A DNA stretch of 64,000 nt from an uncultured delta proteobacterium (GCA_963745835.1 CAVUZH010000024.1:329558-393557); one strand, 5' to 3'. Shown: positions 10,140-19,122, numbered from the stretch's first letter. Translations and numbers: made by a program. The notes: generated by a model from the sequence alone, not told the origin.

Positions 10140-10901
10140 CGTCGTCTCCCGAGACGCTGTACTCTGCCGGTTGGCGTGCCGCTTTCCCCAAGGACCTTAT
10201 AGCCGTGCAGAGCGACGTGCAGCTCGCCTTGGAAATCCGAGACCTCGCGCACCTCCAGGCGTATGGTTGACTGCGGCGCAAAAACAATCGGCTTGGCGAA
10301 ATATCGAAAGGGCCGGTCGCCATTGGAGATGCCCAAGCCCGCCGTGCTGAGAATCGGTTCGCTCTGAAATTCGCGGCCAGAGCCTTCGTCAAACAGCGAG
10401 TACAAGAACTGGATGTTTTCCGGCGGGGCCGCAACTACCTGAAAGAGATTTTCCAGGACGCTCGGATCCAACGGAATATTGCCGCCGTTCTGCAGCGCGA
10501 GTTCCACAATATCTGGATTAAGTTTGAAACCGTTTTTGAGCACCGCTTCCGCTCCGGTCTCGCGCTTGAGTAGCCGGGACGTCTCGGGCAGCTTGGCATC
10601 GAGGCCGTCGAGCAGCGGACCGATCACATCGTGCAAGCTGAATCGTTGGCCGGCGTCGTGACAAGGATGATCGGCGCCGAAAGCTTGGGACCGAAAGTCA
10701 GCGCGGCGACCTTCGGCACCAGTCCGTAACCGATGGAAACGGCAACGAAGGTCGCTTCGATACTTACGGTGACGGTACGATTAAGAACGTTGTCGCGCCT
10801 GCCGGTCAGATCGTAGCGGAAGGCGTATTCGAACGGCACCGTGCGCCGCGACGTCAAGGCTCGGTCTTCGGCAAATCCCGACGTGACTGAGCCGGCGTCA
10901 T
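10136..10901 (-). CDS. Single beta-sandwich (jelly-roll-like) structural protein, paralog of 10898..12253, frameshifted
   Basis: ATG 10901 overlaps the upstream TGA. VPFEYAFRYDLTG...FVAVSIGYG...SGREFQSEP...NGDRPF..FAKPIVFAPQSTIRLEV...LHGYKVLG. Confidence 0.7.
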
Positions 10902-12253
10902 CGGCGCATCCCCTGGGAGTTGATTCCCAGCACTTTGAAGCCTTGGAAGACGAAGTAAAGCGTGCCGCGGCCAAAGTGTTCTTGAACAGTAACGCGGATC
11001 GCGGCGCGCGGTCTGAAAATCATGGCCCTCGCGAGCTTTTTAAACGGCCGGTCGCCGTTGGCGATGCCAAGCCCGGCTATATTATGGATCGGCTGGTTCT
11101 GCAGATCGCGCCCAGCGCCGGCGTCATAGATCGATAACGAAACGAGACGTCTTCGGGCCGATTGAGGTTCTCGAAAATTTTGCCGGCGACGCTCGCGCGC
11201 ACCTTATCGCTCAAGCCGCCTCCGCTGTCGAAAGCGATGCGCAGAAAACTCGGACGAATTCGGATCCCGCCGAGCAAAGCGTCTTGCGGCAAGGCGCCGA
11301 GCGGGAGTCGCGAGAGCTTGAACGTTTTTCCGCACCGCCCTCGCTCGGCGGACTGACAATATTGCCAGGCAAGGTAACCGGGATCTCAGCGGCTCCCGTT
11401 TCTAAGCCATAACCGATTGCAGTTGTGACAAATCCGCCTTCAGCGTTGATCGGAACTTCGGTTTCAATCAGGTTTTCGGCGCGGCCGCTGAGTTCCAGGC
11501 GCGCCACGTAATCAAACGGCACGACCCGTTCCGACGGCTGGCCGATGGTCTCGATGCGGCACATGGGGGAACCGTGCAAGCGCCGCAGCAAGGGCTCCGG
11601 ACAGTTGGATGCGCCGAGCAGTTTGTAGCCGTAGAGAACGATAAACAGGGTTCCTTTGACACCTTCGGAACGTTCGACGATATGCAGCCGAACGCTCGAG
11701 CGCGGCATGAAGGTCAATGGCTGTGCAAGCTGACGGAAAGGCCGCTCGCCATTGCTTTTTCCGAAGGAAGCGAGATTGTGGTGGGCTCGTCTTGCAGTTC
11801 GCGCCCGCTGGCGCTGTCGACGAGGCTGAAGAGAAAAGAAATATCTTCAGGAGGTTTTAGCCGTTCGAGGATCCCGGCGTCGAACTGAGGCGCTAACTGT
11901 TGATCGAATGCGACCGGGCGCAATCGCGGACTCAGCCGGAAACCAGTAATCAAAGCGTCAACCGGAATTTTCCCGAGCTTGATCTCGTTCGCCGGGAGAG
12001 AGCTCTCGAGGGAGACAGCCAGCGATCGGACGCGCTCCTCTTGCAACCCGTAGCCGATGCCGGTGGCGACAAAGACGCCGTCGCTGCTGATGTTGATCAC
12101 ATCCTGAACGATGTTGCCTGGAATGCCTTTGAGCTGAAAACTTGCCGCATAGTCGTACGGGATCACGGCCCCCGGAACTGCCTGCGGCGCTGTCCCGCCG
12201 CGCCGGACCGGCGGAAACCTGCGGGTGTATGGACGTGTTTGAGTCGATATCAT
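10898..12253 (-). CDS. Two-domain tandem beta-sandwich (jelly-roll-like) structural protein, frameshifted
   Basis: Two copies of the module P[YF]DY.A...L.G...N...FV.T.IGYGL...PED.SF....D...GR.LQ..P...G.RPF..LA....F.PR...R...G[YF]K.LG. They are fused in frame within ORF 11211..11717. Confidence 0.7.
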
Positions 12254-12384
12254 TTCAGCATCGCTCCAGATTTTTTGGCGAACAATTCACACCCAAGCGC
12301 GGACATCCTGGGATGATCGTTCATATCGAGTTGTACAAACTCCTGATATGAGCACCGGGTGATCGGCACCCCTGCCATAGATGG

Positions 12385-13407
12385 TTACTGCACGTCTCTG
12401 GTCATGTAGCCGTCCAACACGACCCAGATGTAGAGCGGGCCGTAGATCCTCTGCAGCTCTTTCAACACATCGGCATCCGGCACTTCGATTTCGACCCGGA
12501 AGTTCTGCTGTTTGTCGATGAATACCGGCTCAGCGAAACGGAACGTGGCGGTCGGCGAGGGTTCGCCATGAGTTGTAAACGCCGCCGTCTCCGAATACGG
12601 GCCGGCGCCCGCGGGGAAAAACCACGTGGGCATCTGAATCATGATCTTTTCGCCGACATAAAGCGTCGTAACCGTGTTGTAGATGAACTTGCCGATGAGC
12701 GTTCCGGCGCCGTTGTTCGGGTGAATCTGTGCCTTTGGCGGCCGTTTGCTGTCGGGGCGCACCTTCTTGATGATCGCTTCGATATCGGAAACATGCAGCC
12801 AGATCACGCCTTGCATATTGACGATATCTTCGCCGCCGATGGTTTTGTCCGGCTCCGAATGGAAGAACGTAAACGACTCTTCGTCCGCGAACAGCGGCGC
12901 ATACCCGTCTCGGTCGGCACGCGCTTCAGTCAACAGCTCCATGAGCGGGCCCAAGCCGATCTTGAAGTTGGCGAGAATCGGCTCGGCGTTACTGGGCAGA
13001 GTCGTATCGATGAGCGCTGGAATCGTCGAGTCGATGATTTTGTTGTTGTCATCGGCAATCACGATGGCCGGATTGCCGGCGTCCCGCGCCACGAAGTAAA
13101 AAACGTTCTCGTCTAGATCTTCGACCGGATACTCTTTGTCTTCCACCGTGATGTCGTCGGGGAATTCCGGCGGCAAATCGCTGATCACCACCCGCATCGC
13201 TCGCGCCTCGAACGTATTGTAGTGCGGCAAAAGCGAGGCCGACTGCAGGTTGGTTTCCAATTTGGTCTTGTTCTGCACATTGACGAAGAATCGCAGGACT
13301 CCCGTACTTTCTGCGTCTCGCAGTTGTTTCTCCGGTTCCACGGTGAGCGAGTCATAGATGGGCAGATGGACTTTTTCTCTTACGCCTTGTACGACAGCCA
13401 TGGTCAT
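12385..13407 (-). CDS. Putative major shell/capsid protein (jelly-roll-like with large acidic insertion)
   Basis: Intact 340 aa ORF with AAAGGAGG RBS, flanked by stem-loops. Shares strand motifs with the downstream paralogs (FEARAMRV; FAEPVFIDKQQNFRVEI; VVLDGY). Fold is inferred. Confidence 0.55.
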   Translation of the reverse strand: MTMAVVQGVREKVHLPIYDSLTVEPEKQLRDAESTGVLRFFVNVQNKTKLETNLQSASLLPHYNTFEARAMRVVISDLPPEFPDDITVEDKEYPVEDLDENVFYFVARDAGNPAIVIADDNNKIIDSTIPALIDTTLPSNAEPILANFKIGLGPLMELLTEARADRDGYAPLFADEESFTFFHSEPDKTIGGEDIVNMQGVIWLHVSDIEAIIKKVRPDSKRPPKAQIHPNNGAGTLIGKFIYNTVTTLYVGEKIMIQMPTWFFPAGAGPYSETAAFTTHGEPSPTATFRFAEPVFIDKQQNFRVEIEVPDADVLKELQRIYGPLYIWVVLDGYMTRDVQ

Positions 13408-13462
13408 GCCTCCTTTCGAATGTTAACGAGCTACCCGCCCCCGAAGCGGGCTCGATGTGGCT

Positions 13463-14162
13463 TCACCACAGGGGCTTGAACGTCTCCGGTATCGAAGTTG
13501 CGGTTCCCGGTTGCGCCGTGAACCCGTTGCAGCTGGCGTTCACGGTCGCGGGTTGAACGTAGCCCTCGAGCGGCTCCGCCTCGCCGAATCCGCTGACGTT
13601 GGTCGGAAGCGGGCAACCGGCATTGAACGCCGGCTCCATCTCGCGCACGTATCCATCCATCTCGGGCTCGCCGTAGATCTCCGGCGATTCACCGTAGTAC
13701 CCGTACGGTTCAGTCTCACCGTAGGGCATCTCTTCGGAGAGATAGGGCTCCTCTCCGTAGTAGCCGACCGGCTCGTACTGGCCGTACATCTCCGGTTCCC
13801 CGTACGGCTCCGGCGCCTGCGCATAGTAGCCATACGGATCAATCTCTCCGTAGGGCATCTCTTCGGACAGATAAGGTTCTTCGGCGTAATAACCTATCGG
13901 CTCGTATTGGCCGTAAACATCCGGCTCGCCCCAGCCGTACATTTCAGGCGGCTGGGCGTAATATCCGTAAGAATCGACCTGGCCATAGCCGTAGCCCTGA
14001 GAGAGATACGGATCCTCGGCGTAATAGCCATAATCCTGCGGCAGCTCGCCGTAATAGCCCATGTCGGGCTGCTGAGCGTAGTGAAATCTCATTGTTCTTC
14101 CTCCATAGTTTTCGCTCGGGATTAACAATCATGACTTCGTCAAATCCAAGGTTACGTTTCAT
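13463..14162 (-). CDS. Acidic Tyr/Gly/Glu/Pro tandem-repeat protein (putative scaffold), frameshift near 14118
   Basis: Start MKRNLGFDEVMIVNP (14162) joins ORF 13463..14128. About 39-aa repeats of YGEPEMYGQYEPVGYYGEEPYLSEEMP type. Confidence 0.75.
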
Positions 14163-14196
14163 AGTGAAAGCTCCGCAAAAGGTCGCTGCGGGTCGT

Positions 14197-14577
14197 TCAG
14201 CCTTCGATTCCTCGCGCGTGATCCGGTAACGTCCGCCGATGATGTAGAGCTGGGTTCCTTGCGGGATTGCACGCCAGTCGCGCCGGCGTCTCCATAAAAT
14301 GGATGTAAGTCCTGGATTGCTTCGGCGTTTGTTTGTCCGAGCTGTAAATCAGACCACGCAGATAGCCCAGATGCACCAGCACCTCTGGAATCACTCTCCG
14401 GCAAGGCGCGCGAACCACCTGCGCAGGTGCAAAGCAATGGAAACAGGCGAAATTTCTTCTTGAGCTCGCTTGAATGCAGCCTGGAGGCCGCGCTCGCACC
14501 GACCGCGTGCCTGGCGAGATGCGCGAGCGATGACATAACTCACTGAGGTCGTCCTTATCTCTGAGGTGCGTGTTCAC
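14197..14577 (-). CDS. Small hypothetical protein, frameshifted
   Basis: GAGG-preceded GTG at 14577. Stitched: …FHCFAP…VLVHLGYLRGLIYSSDK…TYIHFMETPARLACNP-QGTQLYIIGGRYRIT-RGIEG. Confidence 0.55.
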   Translation of the reverse strand: MNTHLRDKDDLSELCHRSRISPGTRSVRARPPGCIQASSRRNFACFHCFAPAQVVRAPCRRVIPEVLVHLGYLRGLIYSSDKQTPKQSRTYIHFMETPARLACNPARNPALHHRRTLPDHARGIEG

Positions 14578-14587
14578 CGGATATCCT

Positions 14588-15320
14588 CTAACGTCGTCGC
14601 CGCACTCGGACCGGCCTTCTGACGGACATCGCCCACTTCGGGTACAACAGGCCGGCGGCGGAATCATGCGTCGGGTTGCGCGTGCGCAGCGGCGCCCGGA
14701 ACGAGGCCTCCGGGACCGCGCCATGCGAGGCAGCGCATGTAAAGTCGCCGCGGCTGAACTCCAGTGTAAGGATGGGGACGTGGGATCCACCCTGGCGGCA
14801 TGTACGGCCGCATCGGCGGCGCCATCATTGGCATGGGAACCTCGGCGAATTCATCGCCAGCATCCGGTGCATAGACCTGTTGTGCCGCCTGGGCTACAGG
14901 CTGCAACTGTTGGATCGCTCCTGGCAGCGCTTGTTGGTACGCCTGTACCGCCGGCGCAAGTTGCTGCATGACGCCCGGCATAGCGCTTTGAAAAGCCTGC
15001 ACCGCGGGCGTGAATTGTCTGACGACTCCGGGAAGTGCCCGCTGCGCCGCTTGAGCTATCGGGGCAAAGCGTCGAAGCGCGCCCGCTGCTCCTCGAATGA
15101 TCCCCGGCAATGCTCTCGCCGCATGGGGAAGGACTTTCGCGGCAATAGCCGGCAACACCTTGGCCGCGAGCGGCGCCAAAAACGGCAACCCAACGGGATT
15201 GCCAAAACCGTCGTAGACGACTTCACCCATCGGCTCTGGATACTCTCCGTATTGAGAACCATAGATTTGAGCATCCGGAACTTCATGCAGGTATCCCGTT
15301 AACGTGTCTTGGACGAGCAT
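14588..15320 (-). CDS. Amphipathic-helix repeat protein with acidic leader and basic tail (putative membrane-active internal protein)
   Basis: Acidic YGE leader, YDGFG, then GLPFLAPLAAKVLPAIAAKVLP and about four 18-aa Q/A/P repeats. Probable frameshifted tail VRRPVRVRRRR-stop at 14588. Confidence 0.65.
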
Positions 15321-15861
15321 TTCATTCCCTCCTTTTCAATTTCACAAACCCGTTTCCAAAGCGCCGGCGGCGCCCATCCTATCCGTCGTTCACAGTCGCG
15401 TCCACGGCGATCCATCGGCCGCGAACATTCACCTCTGGATAAATGTGCGAGTATGCATGCGGCTTGTTCGGGCGAAAACCGGCCAACACCAGCCTCACCG
15501 GATGACCGGTAGACATGAGCATCGCGCCCAAAAGAATGGTCATATCGTCGCAATCGCCCGCCCGAAGCTCGAGCATGCGACGCGCTGAGTGCAGCAACTC
15601 CACACGGAAGATATCCCTCGTGTAGCGAATATTGCGGCGCACCCAATAGAACAAAGCGCAGACCTCGCCAAACCGGTTTTTTGGACGGATGCCGTACTCG
15701 CGAAAGATTTGAATCGCCTTTTGTCGAACGTAAAAATCTTTGGCTCCCGCGAGAATCATCCGCGCAATAATTTGCGCCGTCACCAGGGTGCCCCCGGTTC
15801 CATTGGGAACGCGATGAATGCGAATGCGAGGCGTCACGAAACGGCTGCATAATTGTATCAT
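15299..15861 (-). CDS. Transglutaminase-like cysteine protease (putative maturation protease)
   Basis: GDCDD (Cys), HIYPEV (His), WIAVDAT (Asp). The C-terminus likely continues by frameshift (…IGWAPPALWKRV…). Confidence 0.85.
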
Positions 15862-16113
15862 TCACACCACACCGAGAATCCGTTGAATGGGAACGATCAG
15901 TTGTTGCTTGATTCCTTCGACCTCAACAACGGCAAAAGCGCCCTGCGAACTGCCGCTGTCTGAAATATCAAGAACCTTCCCTTGCAGAAGATCATCTCCG
16001 TAAACTTCGAGAAGCAGCATTTGAACATCTGGAACGTAAACATCGCGGATTTTGAAATGGACCCAGCGATGCTTTAGTCGAGAAGTCTCGCTCTTGAGTT
16101 GTTCCGCAGCCAC
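15862..16113 (-). CDS. Small beta-barrel (SH3/KOW-like) hypothetical protein, first gene of the operon
   Basis: LQGKVLDISDSG...FAVVEVEG...LIVPIQRI. Start moved to GTG 16113 because the sigma54 promoter lies inside the longer ORF call. Stop abuts the next ATG. Confidence 0.6.
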   Translation of the reverse strand: MAAEQLKSETSRLKHRWVHFKIRDVYVPDVQMLLLEVYGDDLLQGKVLDISDSGSSQGAFAVVEVEGIKQQLIVPIQRILGVV

Positions 16114-16125
16114 ACTGCGCAGTTC

Positions 16126-16141
16126 AGCAAGCGACGTGCCG
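16126..16141 (-). promoter_or_regulatory. sigma54 (-24/-12) promoter
   Basis: Minus strand CGGCAC-GTCGC-TTGCT matches YGGCAC-N5-TTGCW; it faces the operon and lies just downstream of a bEBP gene. Confidence 0.85.
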
Positions 16142-16233
16142 GTTCGGGGCGTGCGTAATAACGAGACGAACCCTAGCAATTTTCGATAGCTGGGCTCTGC
16201 GCAGGTTTACGTCGTTGGAAGCAGCTAAGACGA

Positions 16234-16287
16234 TGCAGAAAAAATATTCCGGTTCGTATCATGATTTTCCGGAAGACTCTTTCTGCA
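16234..16287. promoter_or_regulatory. Candidate bEBP enhancer: paired palindromic sites
   Basis: CAGAA-N6-TTCCG (16236-16251) and CGGAA-N6-TTCTG (16270-16285) are mutually inverted, 95-145 bp upstream of the -24 box. Confidence 0.6.
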
Positions 16288-16587
16288 GGCGGGGAAAAAA
16301 CTCGAGCGGCGCATTGCTGGCGTGCTTTGCGTAAATTCTGTAACCGATACTCCTGCAACCCCGGAGCTGTGATAGTCAAACCCCGTGTTATTCGCTTTTT
16401 TCAAATGGGAATAACATTGCAATGCGCCTTCATTCGACCGTTGTAGTGCGAGCATGCGTCGGGGAAGCTGTGAAAAAATCCCCCCTGATCTCCCTTTACA
16501 AAGGCAGAACGAAAACCGCGCGATCGATCATAGGTTAGGATGCAGGAATCCGAATTGCCGCGGCACCAACATCTAAACGGCGCCAGT

Positions 16588-18237
16588 CTAGCGGTCAACG
16601 GTAGAGTTCAGGTGGTACTTGCGCAGTTTGTTATAAACGCTGCGCGACGTGATACCAAGAAGGCGTGCGGTTTGGGACTGGTTGCCGCGTGTCTTGCGGA
16701 GCGCTGCCTCAAGGAGAAGCTTTTCACAAGAAGCAAGCGACCCATTGAGCCGCCAGTTGTTCGCATCCAGCAACCTGACAACGGACGAAGTCACCTCGCG
16801 CTGTGGCGACGACGCCAGCGGACGATCATCAACGGATCGCGGCGGCCCGTGAGATTCTTCTCGCAATGCAGGCTGCCAGCGCGATAGTTGTTGCAAAATC
16901 TCCGGCGGCAGATCAGCCAGAGTGAGAGGGGCAATATCGTCCTTTTTAACCAGCGCCTGCCTGACGATATTCTCCAGTTGCCTCACGTTGCCGGGCAGTC
17001 CGGCTTCTGCGAGCGCTTCAATGAACTCGTCTTCGACAGACAGCGGCAGCGCCGGTGCGAGGGCGCGATACTTCTGAAAAAAATAATCAACCAGCGGTCT
17101 AATGTCCCCCGGTCTTTCCCGCAATGACGGAGTATGGATCGACAGTACGTTGAGCCGGTAAAAAAGATCTTCGCGAAAGTTCTTTTCTTTCACCATCTGC
17201 TCGAGAGCCCGGTTGGTTGCGGCAATGACTCTTACATCGACGGACGTTTCGTCGTCCTCGCCAACGCCCAAGACGGTCTTTTCTTGCAGCATGCGCAACA
17301 GCTTGGACTGTAGCCCATCCTCCAGTTCGCCGATTTCGTCAAGAAAGAGAATTCCGCCATGCGCGGAACGAACCAGGCCTTTTCGATCGCGATTCGCACC
17401 CGTGAATGCGCCGCGTATGTGGCCGAATAGTTCACTTTCAGCTAAGCCCGCGCTGATGGCGCCGCAATTGACTGCGACGAAAGGGCCGCTGCGGCGTTTC
17501 GGGTCTAAGGCATGAATAGCATGGGCCAACAGTTCCTTGCCCGTACCAGTCTCACCCGTAAGCAGGATGGGGAGGTCGCTAAGAACACTGACTCGGAGAA
17601 CTGTGCGAAACACCGCCAGCATTGATTGGCTTTCCCCAACAATCCCCGCCTGGATCATATTCTCTTTGATGCATCGCTCATCCTCCTCCCGTCGTGCTTC
17701 GGCCTGAAAGAGCTGAACGAGCAGCTGGAAAAGTTCGGACTCAAAATCTGATCTCGAGCTATCCAACAAATTGGATGCGCCGGCTACAAGGGGCAAGCAG
17801 CGAGTCCGTATCGGCCAATTGTGAGCTCCGTCTGCATAAGCCAATATGCCAAGTCCGGAGCCTTTAAGAGCATGCAGAGCGTCCAGCAGAGATGCGTTTG
17901 GGCCAAGCTCGTCGTCCAATGCGACCAGAAGAACATTGGCGCCAGACGTGGCGCGCGCTCCTCCGACTTCGTTGATATCACTAAGCCACCTAGGGGTAGC
18001 GCCGCACTGCGCGATGATTTGCTCAAGGCGCGAGCGGTTAAGGTCCCCACGATCAAGCAGCATAATCGTAGGGGGTGAACTATGCGTGGGTATTAGGTTG
18101 GAATTTGACCGATAGTCTGCGGGAGAACTTGACAGAGCTTTCGGCTTGGTTGGCTGACTCATCGGCACGCTGGTCATCTTTCGGCGTGTGCGTAACTTCG
18201 AAGCTGTGATCAAAGCTGATCGCATCGGTGTCGACAC
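16588..18237 (-). CDS. sigma54-dependent enhancer-binding activator (AAA+, Fis-type HTH, degenerate receiver-like N-terminus)
   Basis: GETGTGKE, GAFTGA, LFLDEIGE, FREDLFYRL, PGNVRQLEN, GNQSQTARLLGI. True start is uncertain (18162 or 18063 possible). Confidence 0.95.
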   Translation of the reverse strand: MSTPMRSALITASKLRTRRKMTSVPMSQPTKPKALSSSPADYRSNSNLIPTHSSPPTIMLLDRGDLNRSRLEQIIAQCGATPRWLSDINEVGGARATSGANVLLVALDDELGPNASLLDALHALKGSGLGILAYADGAHNWPIRTRCLPLVAGASNLLDSSRSDFESELFQLLVQLFQAEARREEDERCIKENMIQAGIVGESQSMLAVFRTVLRVSVLSDLPILLTGETGTGKELLAHAIHALDPKRRSGPFVAVNCGAISAGLAESELFGHIRGAFTGANRDRKGLVRSAHGGILFLDEIGELEDGLQSKLLRMLQEKTVLGVGEDDETSVDVRVIAATNRALEQMVKEKNFREDLFYRLNVLSIHTPSLRERPGDIRPLVDYFFQKYRALAPALPLSVEDEFIEALAEAGLPGNVRQLENIVRQALVKKDDIAPLTLADLPPEILQQLSRWQPALREESHGPPRSVDDRPLASSPQREVTSSVVRLLDANNWRLNGSLASCEKLLLEAALRKTRGNQSQTARLLGITSRSVYNKLRKYHLNSTVDR

Positions 18238-18702
18238 TGCGGCCAGCCGTTGTTACGCCGGACTATTTTTTGACTTAGTACAGTCTTTATCACTCAGTCA
18301 AGCAGTTTTTGCCAATCGTTAATAACGTTAGGTGACATTAACGTTGCGTTAAAGCAAACGCGAGACCGAATGCGAGGAGTCCAGGGCCCGGTTCGAAGCT
18401 CGGAAACTTCGGAATTTTTTACCGAAGATCAATTTTTCAAAAGCAGGGCGCAACTCTAGACACACTGCGCGTAACAAAAGTTTACGGATGAAGGAGCAGC
18501 CTCCATCTGATGGAAATTATGAAATCTCCAGAATCGGAGCGTGAAGCAGGTGTGATTAGCGGTTGATCAAAAAGCTGCAGCTGCAAGGCGCGCGTTGATC
18601 GCTGGAAGCGGAGACGTACTCAGCCAGTACATGCGTGTGAGCGTCGAACCGAAGCAGTCAGCGCAGACGAACAGGACGCAATGTGCCTTTTTCATCAGTC
18701 GC

Positions 18703-19068
18703 TCACATGCCAAAAATTTTCTGAAAATCCGTCATGTGTTGCTTCAACTGATTGCCAAATTCGGGGCCGACGACATAATCGGGCTCGCCCTGGAACTCTT
18801 TATATTTTGCCGTATGCCTTTCATCGCAACGCCTTTGCCCAAATCCACAGCGAGAACCTTTTGCCCTTCCTCCGACAGCGACCAATCCGTAAAGAGCAGT
18901 GCGGCGTGCGGGTGCGGCGCATTCTTGGCGACAAAAAATCCGTTTGGTTTGATGATCCTCGGCGGCAGCACGCTGAAACCGAGCGGCGCGCCCGTAGTGT
19001 TAAAACGCAGAAACCACCGCGGAGATGCGCGACAAGGCGACGAATAAGCTCGATTTCCTTTGAGCCAT
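18703..19068 (-). pseudogene. Internally deleted ABC (Fe3+/polyamine-type) solute-binding protein remnant
   Basis: GGAGG plus ATG leader joined directly to the C-terminal NAPHPHAALLFTDWSLSEEGQK, which resembles the 43417..44448 C-terminus. Confidence 0.65.
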
Positions 19069-19122
19069 ATCCCTCCGTTGATCGCTGGTACGATTCTTAT
19101 GCCTAATTAAAAAACTTTAATA

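Noticed and set aside
13660-14060. Direct DNA repeats as a CRISPR array
   Set aside because: They are in-frame coding repeats without unique spacers, and no cas genes are present.
14725-14770. GVQPRRLYMRC resembles the adenovirus pVIc cofactor peptide GVQSLKRRRCF
   Set aside because: Too short, not C-terminal, and the protease here is of a different family; chance similarity cannot be excluded.
1-16200. Conventional prophage, eCIS/T6SS, encapsulin, BMC or gas-vesicle locus
   Set aside because: No recognisable terminase, portal, sheath, tube, baseplate, VgrG, HK97-type, BMC or GvpA sequences in the window.
18300-18316. Second sigma54 promoter upstream of the activator (minus strand TGGCAAAAACTGCT)
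   Set aside because: GG-to-GC spacing is 8 nt rather than the required 10.
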